Positions 39,001 to 46,996 of a stretch of DNA of 64,000 nucleotides are shown in pieces. The DNA is from a phage, in NCBI GenBank assembly GCA_012441205.1, contig GCA_012441205.1_4705.1; one strand, written 5' to 3'. The notes beneath the pieces are model-generated. The model was given only the letters and a program-made list of their open reading frames with translations, was not told the DNA's origin and searched no databases. Position 1 is the stretch's first letter; each line of letters opens with the position of its first letter. The position numbers and the translations under genes were made by a program.

Positions 39001-39731
39001 TACGCGATCCTGCGAAACGGGGTGATGTGCGCCAAGTTCGTTATCTGGTTAACGGTGGCTATAATGGATTACGTGACGTTGAACAGCGCTCTGCTTATTG
39101 GATTCAGGCGGCTAAGAATGGCACCCTGAAGAAAATGATGGATGAGTTATCGGGATCAACATCAGGCGATCAAGCTGAAGGACCGACTACCGCCGAGCAG
39201 GTGAAGAATGAAGCAGCCCAAGAGGCAAACGGAACGCCAACTGTAAGCAACGATCCGCAAGCCCCAGCACCTTCAACCACCCCTGAAGCTAAACCGTCTG
39301 CGGCTGCCGGTACGGCTCCAGCACCCGGAGAAGCATCACCAGCGCCTGGAAGTTTCGAAACAGCGAAAGCTGCGGCAGGACAACCGACATCAACGCCAGC
39401 ACTTAGCGATTTGCCGTCAAACCCTGGCGCAAATCGAGGGATATCGGTTCCGAATACGCCTGCACAGGTCGCGCAGTCTGCGACACAAACATCGGCCGCG
39501 AGTGAGAACTTCTACGGTAGCGCAGGTGAAATTCTCCGACAGCAGCTGACCACGCAGCAGAACATCGAGAAGAACACCGGTAGAACGAATGAACTTATTT
39601 CGGAATTAATCCAAGCCGTTAAGGGTTCTTCTATCGGTAAGGGTTCTGCAAGTCCTTCTCAACAACAGGCGATGTCGCTACCTAATCGTCCGCAAGGAAT
39701 CTCTCCAACACGGACAAGGTACGCGCAGTAG
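33066..39731 (+). CDS. giant virion-associated protein with C-terminal GH19 lysozyme domain (phiKZ gp181-like by size and architecture)
   Basis: ORF track starts at a GTG (32973); the ATG at 33066 has GGAGG about 5 nt upstream, giving 2221 aa. Near the C-terminus MAMFLANIEHESGN and YLGRGFIQVTGKANY match the GH19 catalytic region (AFLAQTSHETTG and YYGRGPIQLS patterns). Also a Gly/Ala-rich hydrophobic segment (about 36650-37000), two tandem ~105-aa repeats (about 35745-36380) and a Pro/Ala/Thr-rich C-terminal linker. Confidence 0.7.
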   Translation: MVDKTRVEGDDNWDNWDEDFSLDLDFNEPKDDRKPITRFAIGAVKGAAEDLTSYERMKEIARNALPKGYSDGMDLIDSAVGSTKELYNEAVRDVLPKVQSSKRLAAQLTKKYRASMPDFSKKILEQWEREAKEEDERKQAEETLRQRMASAGDDEIARKVAEALGESANQSADQFAEQQAKESIRDDIADKRYAVTNKQMSAMQEGVAKMVGFNNEFAARYMRKSLELKYRSLAIQRASFDQHKKLAEVYIGLLQNIQKNTALPDAAKAKMSEEFRRSAYQRFFGNALDAMSSFENRFFADVKKNLATNALGALKGVVSGANDALYGLNEARDSMSMMDGMGSEGDIKEMQGKMLGQFIGSTVAPWMANKGRMALRDLAKRHPNAKFASALKAVDQGGEAAAYTTRNLGKLLQEDIRKNEFNLSDPFYKQLLRGAGRWAFNMDSGRNFRVMNDTAETLAEQTSFDGLTYRSINEVIPGFLARILKSSEGIRTGNSDPDYEVYDGISGQFVSQRTREQSVNDTLFNKRTFGYYASRFNEVISVIDPDKQLSEKARKALAKQLARDSDANIAFDPARFTDESNFDRSIDRDAIKELSTYFRDRYGIRDDVNDKGERHQVIGNRGQYYTERNRADLRYGHLKSLQPDIQRNLNLLKRTGDVQYLERIGIVTRNSDGSYSVNHDRYFSEIDQYIDRPEYADRGDVNTRLTAQETRALALGYRDAKPSAGDVQNVGLPNIGRKAAGTVTVDENIGYDKWWNDTGVITTSLEEQNRAWQELYLEALSEASEQRVEMLALLKAISEKDWSNNVSLDGEDVPEGTAPISFIDRAKQKLGGRNLFKGGRNLLWKGIKNTARLGVKGARWGAERTLGSLVNSGRRIINFNRFVFGALSKVDQVPFDIYVKGESQPRILAAKLRQGLYFDEATGKAVKRMKDIKGPLVDADGNIVISNEDIEKGLVTRAGRAFENSGLKAWAREGLNGITTALSLPRMLKRGAVEIYKQLDKTPDVYVKGESTPRLLSMVLAAGGYFRRSDGQVIKNLEDIDGDVVDAQGNVVLTLADMQKGLVDKYGKAIRRLKEKLINFGVKAFTLPLTLLRKTKDILKALPGKTVNGLRRMGLNFQSPDALLVGTTSSMVDRLDAIYQLLDQRMPGGDKDYRDWNGDGVREGSLEDLKRKREAKENGKDDIGKDSNKGEEKEKKRGLLGSLFDMLGDTAIGKRLMASPLGKILGGLGAVLSGGASLTGLLGKGLIRGTGALVKGGLSAAGWLGRGALMAGGAALNAVGGLSGLGAFLISPVGLAIAGGALAAYAGWKIYQHFAEKPDPMQKLRLIAYGAKGDDKDFNKKLLATETYLTDHVVMTGDTIGFDPKADSEKILEIWELSLEDSDRMNEWKRWYLHRFIPVFARAYKLWKEHMPDEKKYMEMDKYPNGENKVKWSEAFIWPSDSPDGPYYVEANPLGSSGATRYIAGQDVKTLMLKQLEAIKKEYQNQIKQYTHDEAIADWSRMSDTQRKSVAPNALRGQKASLRFNDKRYNSAGAKGRQKLDATAVIESVDRRGRKWVAGGYIDELTSLRVRAYGIKVPLLSQIKVLMELEDAVEPGVVAEGKGVKYGGDLVALYKKFATKFGRDVNSKHDQDIWFAWMNNRFLPVFLTYYQQVSDMGGQGLLSDVVQNLKDSQRWEIGEELVAAQYRDEKGTLQPVWSWNSCGFSGTEANTTSSSTKSQLDLLKEYADKEKVREKNAEASQEDTDKLSKIQELMMKQAGYEKKDGVWQKKSRITGGMSNSEANYNPNGNKVGASSFTASATSSAGLGSTGDLTGLPNMGLQKPATGPGPEAGRRALVKSAVKRGITDPMEMAMFLANIEHESGNYTHVREGNYKTPEHLKQVFPYKFRDVQDAAQTISMGPEAVFERVYGNRKDLGNTQKGDGAKYLGRGFIQVTGKANYARLSKTLNKDLVSDPSYLETPEGAAEGSVAWWLNRGNVLRDPAKRGDVRQVRYLVNGGYNGLRDVEQRSAYWIQAAKNGTLKKMMDELSGSTSGDQAEGPTTAEQVKNEAAQEANGTPTVSNDPQAPAPSTTPEAKPSAAAGTAPAPGEASPAPGSFETAKAAAGQPTSTPALSDLPSNPGANRGISVPNTPAQVAQSATQTSAASENFYGSAGEILRQQLTTQQNIEKNTGRTNELISELIQAVKGSSIGKGSASPSQQQAMSLPNRPQGISPTRTRYAQ
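35745..36380 (+). repeat. internal tandem duplication (two ~105-aa protein repeats) inside the giant gene
   Basis: Protein segments PFDIYVKGESQPRILAAKLRQGLYFDEATGKAVKRMKDIKGPLVDADGNIVISNEDIEKGLV... and TPDVYVKGESTPRLLSMVLAAGGYFRRSDGQVIKNLEDIDGDVVDAQGNVVLTLADMQKGLV... align position by position. Confidence 0.6.
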
Positions 39732-39742
39732 TCATTAGTTAA

Positions 39743-39761
39743 GGGCGGGAATCTCCCGCCC
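39743..39761 (+). terminator. short hairpin after the giant gene
   Basis: GGGCGGGA-ATC-TCCCGCCC followed by TCTTCTTG, then RBS and the ATG at 39781. Confidence 0.4.
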
Positions 39762-39780
39762 TCTTCTTGAGGAATGTTAC

Positions 39781-41922
39781 ATGGGTATTCTTGTTCAAAA
39801 CGCCCTAATCACCAAACAGGCGTTTTTATTACCGGGCGATAGCAGCACGCTTAGTGCTGACATGATTAAAGCGAGACATACACCGTATTCCTACGATAAC
39901 GTCGATGATACCACCTTAGGCGGGAACTGGGTGCTTAACCCACCACCGCAATATACCAAATTTGCCGACATCAAGGAACGCCGACGTGCGGTTATGCCTG
40001 GATCAACGGGCATGGGCCGAGGCTATAGTGAAAGCATTAACAGCTTTAAAGAGGTCGTTACGTTACGATTCGGTAAACCTCGCTTTACAGGCGCAAGTAT
40101 CTTCTTTACTGATTTCTACGATGCCGATGTTGCCGTAACGGTTAAAACCGGTCGCGATCCCGGTATTCTTTATTACGCAGCCAAAGCGTATACCACCGTT
40201 CTTTCTTACCTCACACCTCTACCCTACTTGTATATGGTTGGACGTATCGGTCGATATTTCCTGGGTAAGCCTACCAGTCAATATTACTATCAAGTACCAA
40301 CCATGCACGTGTATTGGGCGTCTTTCCAAACGCTGGTAAACCAAACAGCGATAAACATGGGTCTTATCGCCGGTGCCGGTAAAGATAAAGGCTATGTGGA
40401 AGAAGGGGGTACCGTACTCCACCAATATTCAATCGGTGGTCAGAACGTTGAAGAATTCATCAACTACGCCTCTAAGACGCTACCGGGGATTTATAAGAAA
40501 GGTGGTGGGATCGATATCTACCAGATCGCAACACGACGTCAGCGCATACAGAACGCATGGGTACGTCGTATTCAATCCATGATGGAAAACGATTACTCGT
40601 CTTACGAGGAGTTCTGGAACGATCTTGATAAACGACTTGATAGCGGAGCATTTCCATCGGATGTAACCGGCCGTACGTTAACGCAGTATCTCGCCGACAC
40701 GCAGAAGTCTGCTGTTTACAGTGCGACAGCTGGTGATAATAAACAAACGATGGACGACCTTTTATTTGGAAGAGCCTCGTACACCAATAAAGATGCCGAT
40801 GCTAACTTCAATGTCTCAGCGGCTACCTCCGACGGCGGTACGTCAACACAGAGTCAGGGTACAACAGCCAATGTCGGTAATTCGACGTCAGGGACAACGC
40901 AGGCTTCAACAACAGCATCAACGGCTGGAGGCGCGAACGTACAGAGCAAAGGAATCGGTCAAACGAACGCAGCCGAAGAAGCTACGTTTCTTGATCTGAT
41001 GGATGCTGAACTGGCCGATGGTGCTCAGTTTATCAGTTTTCGAGTCGACTCTGTCACCAGTGTAACCGAAACGTTTTCAAACAGCGCTTCAGAAAGTTCA
41101 ATCGCACAGACGATGAATAGCCGTGCACAAGCGAACATCGAACGTCGTTTCACCCTCTCCGGTGGTAATACAGGTTGGGCTGTACTAGACGAAGCCATCA
41201 AAGCCGGTTCCGATCTCGTTAATGGTGCTATTTCCGGGATGGGCCTGGATGGTATTTTTGGTGCCTTCATGGGTTCCGGCTTCGCCGACATTCCGAAATT
41301 CTATTCCGGATCATCGGTAAGTCTTCCGCGTGCAGATCTGACGATGGAATTGCGTTCCTGGAGCGGGGACCGCTGGTCGATCTTTACGAACCTCATGGTA
41401 CCTCTTTTAGCGATCCTTGCAGGTGGTTTACCTCAGGCTACCGGTAAATCGTCCTACGGGATGCCGTTCATGTGTGAGTGTTATATTCCAGGTAAAGTCC
41501 AGATTAAAATGGGCCTTATCGATAATATCACTGTGACGCGCCATGTTGGAAACGTACCATCAACACGCGAGCGATTACCGTTGGGGATCGACGTCAGCTT
41601 CAGCGTTTATGACCTGTCGTCTATCGTCGCCATGCCGATCACAACGACGGCCGCATCGATCGCAAAATTGGATCCTCGTGGCTTCTTAAGCGATCTTCTT
41701 GCTGACGATACGCCGCTCAACAACTATCTTGCTGTATTATCAGCATTGACACTTACGGAACAAGTTTACATGATTCCGGATTTAAGTCGTCGCATGCATA
41801 AAACCATGGCTGATATCGATAGTTTCTGGAGCAAAGGTAATTTTGCTAGCTGGTTGTCTGACACCATGCCTGGCAGGATAGCATCAGGGCTGTTATGGAA
41901 ACGTACAGAACGGCCGTTCTGA
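39781..41922 (+). CDS. hypothetical protein, possibly virion structural (713 aa)
   Basis: Follows the giant gene on the same strand; contains a Ser/Thr/Gly-rich linker; no catalytic motif seen. Confidence 0.5.
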   Translation: MGILVQNALITKQAFLLPGDSSTLSADMIKARHTPYSYDNVDDTTLGGNWVLNPPPQYTKFADIKERRRAVMPGSTGMGRGYSESINSFKEVVTLRFGKPRFTGASIFFTDFYDADVAVTVKTGRDPGILYYAAKAYTTVLSYLTPLPYLYMVGRIGRYFLGKPTSQYYYQVPTMHVYWASFQTLVNQTAINMGLIAGAGKDKGYVEEGGTVLHQYSIGGQNVEEFINYASKTLPGIYKKGGGIDIYQIATRRQRIQNAWVRRIQSMMENDYSSYEEFWNDLDKRLDSGAFPSDVTGRTLTQYLADTQKSAVYSATAGDNKQTMDDLLFGRASYTNKDADANFNVSAATSDGGTSTQSQGTTANVGNSTSGTTQASTTASTAGGANVQSKGIGQTNAAEEATFLDLMDAELADGAQFISFRVDSVTSVTETFSNSASESSIAQTMNSRAQANIERRFTLSGGNTGWAVLDEAIKAGSDLVNGAISGMGLDGIFGAFMGSGFADIPKFYSGSSVSLPRADLTMELRSWSGDRWSIFTNLMVPLLAILAGGLPQATGKSSYGMPFMCECYIPGKVQIKMGLIDNITVTRHVGNVPSTRERLPLGIDVSFSVYDLSSIVAMPITTTAASIAKLDPRGFLSDLLADDTPLNNYLAVLSALTLTEQVYMIPDLSRRMHKTMADIDSFWSKGNFASWLSDTMPGRIASGLLWKRTERPF

Positions 41923-41939
41923 TATTCACTGCATAAACC

Positions 41940-41971
41940 CCCTCTCCCTTCCCTGCTGGGTTGGGAGAGGG
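41940..41971. terminator. hairpin terminator between convergent genes (conserved family)
   Basis: CCCTCTCCC-TTCCCTGCTGGGTT-GGGAGAGGG followed by ATTATGTTAACC; near-identical to the element at 54803-54834 with compensatory stem changes. Confidence 0.55.
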
Positions 41972-41977
41972 ATTATG

Positions 41978-43045
41978 TTAACCTAACGTCACCGTCGGTA
42001 AATCAGGATAAAGTTTCTTCAAGCCTGCCATCGTGGTGGTAGTTGTATAATTCTTACCCATCGCAGCAAGAGATGCGTATTTCCTACTGCGAGAGAAAAG
42101 AGAATAGAACCCACTGGATGTTTCCATCCACATCGTGAGGAGTTCTGCATCGTTACCGTGATAGTTCGTTTTACCCCATCCAGGTTTAAACGCATCGGCA
42201 AAATCAATTAAACGCGAGGCTTCAGCGTCGTATTCTTTAAGGGTAAGGTACGATGGAATGCGGTAGTTACGAAACAGTAACGTAATGAGTTCAGGGACAA
42301 CGCTACGGGCACGTTCAGCCGTGATAAGTTCGGTGATCACAGCAGCTGTACGGAAATCGCCGTTAAGACCAACGCTGCTTAACGATTCCGCTAAAGTGGT
42401 CGCCATCGCCACTTTATCCTCCGCTGACCCAGAGTCATACAGACTACGCACATCGATGTAGTTGCCTGCTAATGCGGCTTGACGAATCAACGATGTGACA
42501 ACTGTCCGGTTCGTCTTATAGTCGTTGTAACTGAATTCGGTTCGCGTTTTCCCTTGATCGTCGAGATACCGATCGACAATCGTTGAAAGTTTATAATACT
42601 CATCGCCCGACATCAGACTATCGAGAAGCTTAACGTTTCCATCTTTATCAATAAGCTTCCCTAACGCACCATTGGATTGCTGGTTAATGGTACTGTAAAT
42701 CTGGTCTTTTACTTGCGATAGAATGTTATCGGTTGACGATATATTCAGGCCAGTAACATCTTTGATCTTATTCATCAACGCGTTTTCATTCAGGGAGATT
42801 TTGCCTCCGCTGATATCGATGAAAGAATTAAGATCGCTTATGGAAATCAGGTTTCCTGTTAACGCCGATAATGTACTATTGATACTGTTCGTAATACTGC
42901 TGCGAAAACTGGTTAACGCATCCGCCGCTGAAACAGCGGTACCGCTAACCGCTTTAAGGAGCGTATCACGCCCTGTCGAAAAATCGCTGGTGATGGTTTT
43001 GATCTTGGACGTATCTATACTCGGCAGTTTGTCGTAAAGACTCAT
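41978..43045 (-). CDS. hypothetical protein (355 aa)
   Basis: ORF track starts at 43096; the ATG at 43045 (MSLYDKLP...) has AGGAGG 6 nt upstream and sits just after a terminator hairpin. Confidence 0.5.
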   Translation of the reverse strand: MSLYDKLPSIDTSKIKTITSDFSTGRDTLLKAVSGTAVSAADALTSFRSSITNSINSTLSALTGNLISISDLNSFIDISGGKISLNENALMNKIKDVTGLNISSTDNILSQVKDQIYSTINQQSNGALGKLIDKDGNVKLLDSLMSGDEYYKLSTIVDRYLDDQGKTRTEFSYNDYKTNRTVVTSLIRQAALAGNYIDVRSLYDSGSAEDKVAMATTLAESLSSVGLNGDFRTAAVITELITAERARSVVPELITLLFRNYRIPSYLTLKEYDAEASRLIDFADAFKPGWGKTNYHGNDAELLTMWMETSSGFYSLFSRSRKYASLAAMGKNYTTTTTMAGLKKLYPDLPTVTLG

Positions 43046-43083
43046 CACGTCCTCCTGAAAAAGAAAAAAGAAATACGGCATAA

Positions 43084-43111
43084 AGCCTACCCACACAATG
43101 GTGGGTAGGCT
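43084..43111 (-). terminator. intrinsic terminator
   Basis: 10-bp stem AGCCTACCCA / TGGGTAGGCT, followed on the minus strand by TTTATGCCGTATTTCTTTTTTC. Confidence 0.55.
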
Positions 43112-43127
43112 AAGATCAACATCGATG

Positions 43128-43640
43128 TTAAACTTCTTCGTTTTCTGAACCTAATGATTCAGCATCTGGATCGTCAACAGGAATGGTTGCATCAAAATAC
43201 CGTTTCGTATGCGTGGTTGTATATCCTACGCTATCTGTGATGGAAATCGTAAACGTGACTTCCCTTGCACGGATTAAGCGTAGTTTATTCATGAAGTTAC
43301 GGAACGGCATCGATCCCCGATTCAACTCCTTAATGACGTTTCCCCGAATACTGGAAATGTCTTTATTCGTTTTATCAGGGTGTCGTTTCTTCACATCACG
43401 CATATGTCGGGTAATATACGAATTGAGCTGATTTGCGCCGATCCCTCTCTCCGTATAAATCTGCAACAGGAACTCCGTAAGGAAATCCTGTCTACCCGTA
43501 GGCGTCCAGAAATTGTTACCGTGATTGTAGTTAGTCGCTCGTCCTCGATTGCTTTGAGGATTTTCATCATCGCTTTCATCACGACGCTTAAGCGGATTAA
43601 TGCGTGCGCGGAAAGAGACTTCATTATATTTATTTGTCAT
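43128..43640 (-). CDS. hypothetical protein (about 170 aa)
   Basis: The ORF-track start at 43685 is a TTG; the ATG at 43640 forms an ATGA overlap with the upstream gene's stop. Confidence 0.45.
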   Translation of the reverse strand: MTNKYNEVSFRARINPLKRRDESDDENPQSNRGRATNYNHGNNFWTPTGRQDFLTEFLLQIYTERGIGANQLNSYITRHMRDVKKRHPDKTNKDISSIRGNVIKELNRGSMPFRNFMNKLRLIRAREVTFTISITDSVGYTTTHTKRYFDATIPVDDPDAESLGSENEEV

Positions 43641-44152
43641 AATACACCAGTGTACTGACTGAGTGCGAAGGTTAGGAGTTCGCAACAGTCTCTCGCTAGT
43701 TTCCTTGTTTTGCGTAATCCATAAGCCGCATCCAAATCGTCACGTTCCGCCAGCGCGTCTAACCACGTCGCAAGTATGCGTCCATACTCGATAACGTCAC
43801 GCATGAGAACGTCGAACCGGATAACACGACCATCGGCATCAGCAAGCCAACGATTGAACGTGATTTGTGGTGCTAGTATTGCATATGTTCTCTCCTCTAA
43901 TGCGATTATGTTTATGTTGCCTTCGTTATCGAACGCTTGATGCCAACGGCGAAGGTCAAGCATCAACGACTCAGCGTCCATATACCACAACGGTAAATAC
44001 GTTTTACGTGCAACGCGTATATCGTAGATGTTGTGAACCCAGGACGTTGTTTTGTAAAGCAACAAGAGTTCGTTTAACCGTTGCCTATCATCTTGAAACG
44101 TCTTCCTTTTATAACGTTGGAACGCACGCCTCAAGAAAAAGCGATGTAACAT
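43637..44152 (-). CDS. hypothetical protein (171 aa)
   Basis: ORF; the CTATATTAC motif lies about 95 nt upstream. Confidence 0.45.
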   Translation of the reverse strand: MLHRFFLRRAFQRYKRKTFQDDRQRLNELLLLYKTTSWVHNIYDIRVARKTYLPLWYMDAESLMLDLRRWHQAFDNEGNINIIALEERTYAILAPQITFNRWLADADGRVIRFDVLMRDVIEYGRILATWLDALAERDDLDAAYGLRKTRKLARDCCELLTFALSQYTGVL

Positions 44153-44241
44153 GGCATCACCTATGTATCATTCTTGCAGGCATCAATGAAGCCATCACAA
44201 GAAGGTAACGTTATACGTCGCCTTCATGACTGTCATCATGA

Positions 44242-44254
44242 AGGTAATATAGTC
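44242..44254 (-). promoter_or_regulatory. putative phage promoter motif (GGACTATATTACC on minus strand)
   Basis: Plus-strand GGTAATATAGTCC in a divergent intergenic region; same motif as at 19556 and 57368. Confidence 0.4.
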
Positions 44255-44285
44255 CTGTTATTTTTTTCAATACGGAGAATGTAAA

Positions 44286-44915
44286 ATGAGCGAATATGGT
44301 GTTGCCCCCGTAGATGATGAACCGCAAGAAGCACCTGATAAATTCGAGGTCCGTCTTGACGAAACCCGTAATATCCGCCAACGATTTATTCAACGCCTTG
44401 AAATGCTGTTAGATAGCGAATTCAAAGATTTCGAGCTTAATCCTGGCGCTGATAACAAAGCCATCGTCGACGTCGAAAACGTCGACCGAATAGGTAAGCT
44501 GTTGTTGAAATCGTTGGGCGATAACGACAAAGTCGACTTAACGTTGAAACGTATCAGTGCCGACCAGGCCATGAATGACAGCGCACTGAAAACAGCACAA
44601 GCCCTAACCGAAACCATGCTGCGCCGCTTAGGTCAGATGGATCAACATCCTCTCGCAGCAGGGGCTGTTTATGAAGGCGAAGTCGTGAAGCCAGTCACGC
44701 CTGAAGAACGTGATCGTCGACTTGGTTTTGCGTCATTGGAAGAGTTCGATAGCAAGGAGTTCTCACCAGGCGTTCTCATCCAGGGACGTGTCGAAGAAAC
44801 CAGCGATGCTTTCTATGCTAGAATGGCTCAACTGACGGCGTCGGTTCGTGAGGAGGTATCTCAGAAGATGGCTGCAGATCATCAGTCTTCGGAGGCGTCA
44901 CACGAGGAGGAATAA
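44286..44915 (+). CDS. hypothetical acidic protein (209 aa)
   Basis: ATG with GGAGAA RBS; acidic C-terminal tail; its 3' end overlaps the convergent gene 44818..45606 by about 98 nt. Confidence 0.5.
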   Translation: MSEYGVAPVDDEPQEAPDKFEVRLDETRNIRQRFIQRLEMLLDSEFKDFELNPGADNKAIVDVENVDRIGKLLLKSLGDNDKVDLTLKRISADQAMNDSALKTAQALTETMLRRLGQMDQHPLAAGAVYEGEVVKPVTPEERDRRLGFASLEEFDSKEFSPGVLIQGRVEETSDAFYARMAQLTASVREEVSQKMAADHQSSEASHEEE

Positions 44916-45606
44916 AATAACTGAACCATTTTATTCCAAAGAACCGCATGAACATCACAGGCGCGTTAGAAAGTTCGATTGCTTCGTAAAGTTTGTCATA
45001 AGCCAGATCGGAATCAGGGATGGTTTCACTGATTCGTCTGGCTACAACCAATACGTTACAAATCGGATTGTCTTCTAACAGCATCTGATTGGGGAGGTGC
45101 CAGCGTTTGAAATCGTAAAAGAACATCGCATTATACGTCTTACGGATTTCTGACGGATGCAGTGTGGCCGGATGACGGTAAATAATCTCAACGCTATCTT
45201 GCGCGCCGAGGTATTGCTGGATGCCTTCTTTTAACGCAATTGCAGCATCTCCCACAAATTCAAACGGGTACGTATTCACATGAACCGAAAAATCCGGTGC
45301 GGCAATCCCTGTCAAGCGGTCTTTCATGTAGTCCGCAACCACGTAACATAATCGCCACATCAACTCCGTCGGAATACATTTATCAAGAATGGTTTCATCG
45401 ATATTTGCCAACGCACCCTTAAACTCTTCGTAAGTGTAAGTAACACCCGCCTGCTTTTCCGGCTCCAGGTTATAGGGTCGGTAATGCCATTTCTTCCCCC
45501 ACTTTCTGATAGCCTCAGGATCCAACGTTGTTGCTACCGCCATTTCGATATCAAGCAGCGCCTCGAGTTCTACGTACACCGTCACTAACGCCGCATTTCC
45601 AGTCAT
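44818..45606 (-). CDS. hypothetical protein (262 aa)
   Basis: Long ORF with a Pro-rich C-terminal tail lying in the overlap with the convergent plus-strand gene. Confidence 0.45.
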   Translation of the reverse strand: MTGNAALVTVYVELEALLDIEMAVATTLDPEAIRKWGKKWHYRPYNLEPEKQAGVTYTYEEFKGALANIDETILDKCIPTELMWRLCYVVADYMKDRLTGIAAPDFSVHVNTYPFEFVGDAAIALKEGIQQYLGAQDSVEIIYRHPATLHPSEIRKTYNAMFFYDFKRWHLPNQMLLEDNPICNVLVVARRISETIPDSDLAYDKLYEAIELSNAPVMFMRFFGIKWFSYFIPPRVTPPKTDDLQPSSEIPPHEPTPSVEPF

Positions 45607-46310
45607 CGTTGCTCTCCAGCTTCACCGGTTAACATCTGCATATCGGGAGACGTTTTAATTTTCTTCTCGTACTCTTTTGTTTGTTTGAATACCAACTCAC
45701 CGATTTCTTCCAATTCTTCAACGGTGACGGTATGCAAATAAAGCAACGGAATAATCCAGGTATTCGCACGAAGCATATCCCGAATATCATCAATGGTGGG
45801 TAATTCCGTAAAGAACTGTTCGTCTACCGCGAATAAATCCCGGGCGATACCATCCACCAGTTTATGATTGCTTTCATGGATCCATGCAAAACTTCCAGCA
45901 AGATGATCGATAAGCATATCGATGTCATCGACAGTTGAGAACACTGTACGCCGAACGTGCGTTGTGAGGTCCATCGTAAAACCCATTAACGAAGGGGTTT
46001 CCTCAGAACGGAGTTCACGCCAAAGACGGATCATGTTTTCAGGGATAAACAAATCATGGATGAACGTCACACTGAATTTCGTAACCCAGTCACGAATTGT
46101 TGCCCCTTTGGAATATTGTTGCGGTGGGGAATACAAATACACCCAGCGTTTCGTGTACGCGATAACTTCCTTTCGCATCGCCGCATCTAAAACAAGCACG
46201 TAACGATCGGAAGCAAGCTCTTCTAATAAAAGCTCGAACGCAGTATCACTCTCTGGGGAGAACGATCGTTTTATTTCTGCGATACGTCGTGATAACCGAC
46301 CACGTAACAT
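45603..46310 (-). CDS. hypothetical protein (235 aa)
   Basis: ORF, start/stop overlap with neighbours. Confidence 0.5.
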   Translation of the reverse strand: MLRGRLSRRIAEIKRSFSPESDTAFELLLEELASDRYVLVLDAAMRKEVIAYTKRWVYLYSPPQQYSKGATIRDWVTKFSVTFIHDLFIPENMIRLWRELRSEETPSLMGFTMDLTTHVRRTVFSTVDDIDMLIDHLAGSFAWIHESNHKLVDGIARDLFAVDEQFFTELPTIDDIRDMLRANTWIIPLLYLHTVTVEELEEIGELVFKQTKEYEKKIKTSPDMQMLTGEAGEQR

Positions 46311-46312
46311 AA

Positions 46313-46987
46313 TTAGCCCTCATCAAGGTTATTCTGGAGATGCATCGCGGTGAGGATAACGCCAACCGCCGAAACCGATTTTGCCTTGCTGTCTTCAGGG
46401 AGCTGCTCCAAGCTTACGGTACCTGTTTCTAACAGCATGCGGTTCATCGCGTTGAACTTCTTATCGTCACCACCACGAGCCTGCATCAGCTCTCGGTTCA
46501 CGTTCGGCATCGACCGTCCTAACGTCGCTTGCATTTCCGGCTGGCTCCAAGTGGAACCTTTACTATCACCCGTCGGCTGATTGGTGAGCTGGTCCTTGGT
46601 GTTGTTGTTTTTCGGAATCGAAATTTTAGCACTCAACGTTTCGGCTTGTCGGCGGTTTGGAATCAGGTACAATCTGGTTGGGCGGTCACGAAGCACCAAT
46701 TGCCCTGTTTTCTGGTCGGTGAGATAAATGCGTTGGAAGAAAGGGAAACCGTATTTCTTACCGACTTCCAACGCACGTTTTATCGTCACCTCGTTTTTGT
46801 TCATGTTGGGTACCCAGATGGGTAGAATCTCTTTCTTATCCCGACATAAACGCATATAGGCATCAAACGTCTCATCATCGATTTCAGCAAAACGTTTTTT
46901 GTAAATAGCGTAAGTCGGGCTCGATTCACCCACCAGGTCTTTGATATACCCAAGAATGAATTTTTCTGCTGCAGCGCGGTTGGACAT
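46313..46987 (-). CDS. hypothetical protein (224 aa)
   Basis: ORF in minus-strand block. Confidence 0.5.
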   Translation of the reverse strand: MSNRAAAEKFILGYIKDLVGESSPTYAIYKKRFAEIDDETFDAYMRLCRDKKEILPIWVPNMNKNEVTIKRALEVGKKYGFPFFQRIYLTDQKTGQLVLRDRPTRLYLIPNRRQAETLSAKISIPKNNNTKDQLTNQPTGDSKGSTWSQPEMQATLGRSMPNVNRELMQARGGDDKKFNAMNRMLLETGTVSLEQLPEDSKAKSVSAVGVILTAMHLQNNLDEG

Positions 46988-46996
46988 AAACGTCTC

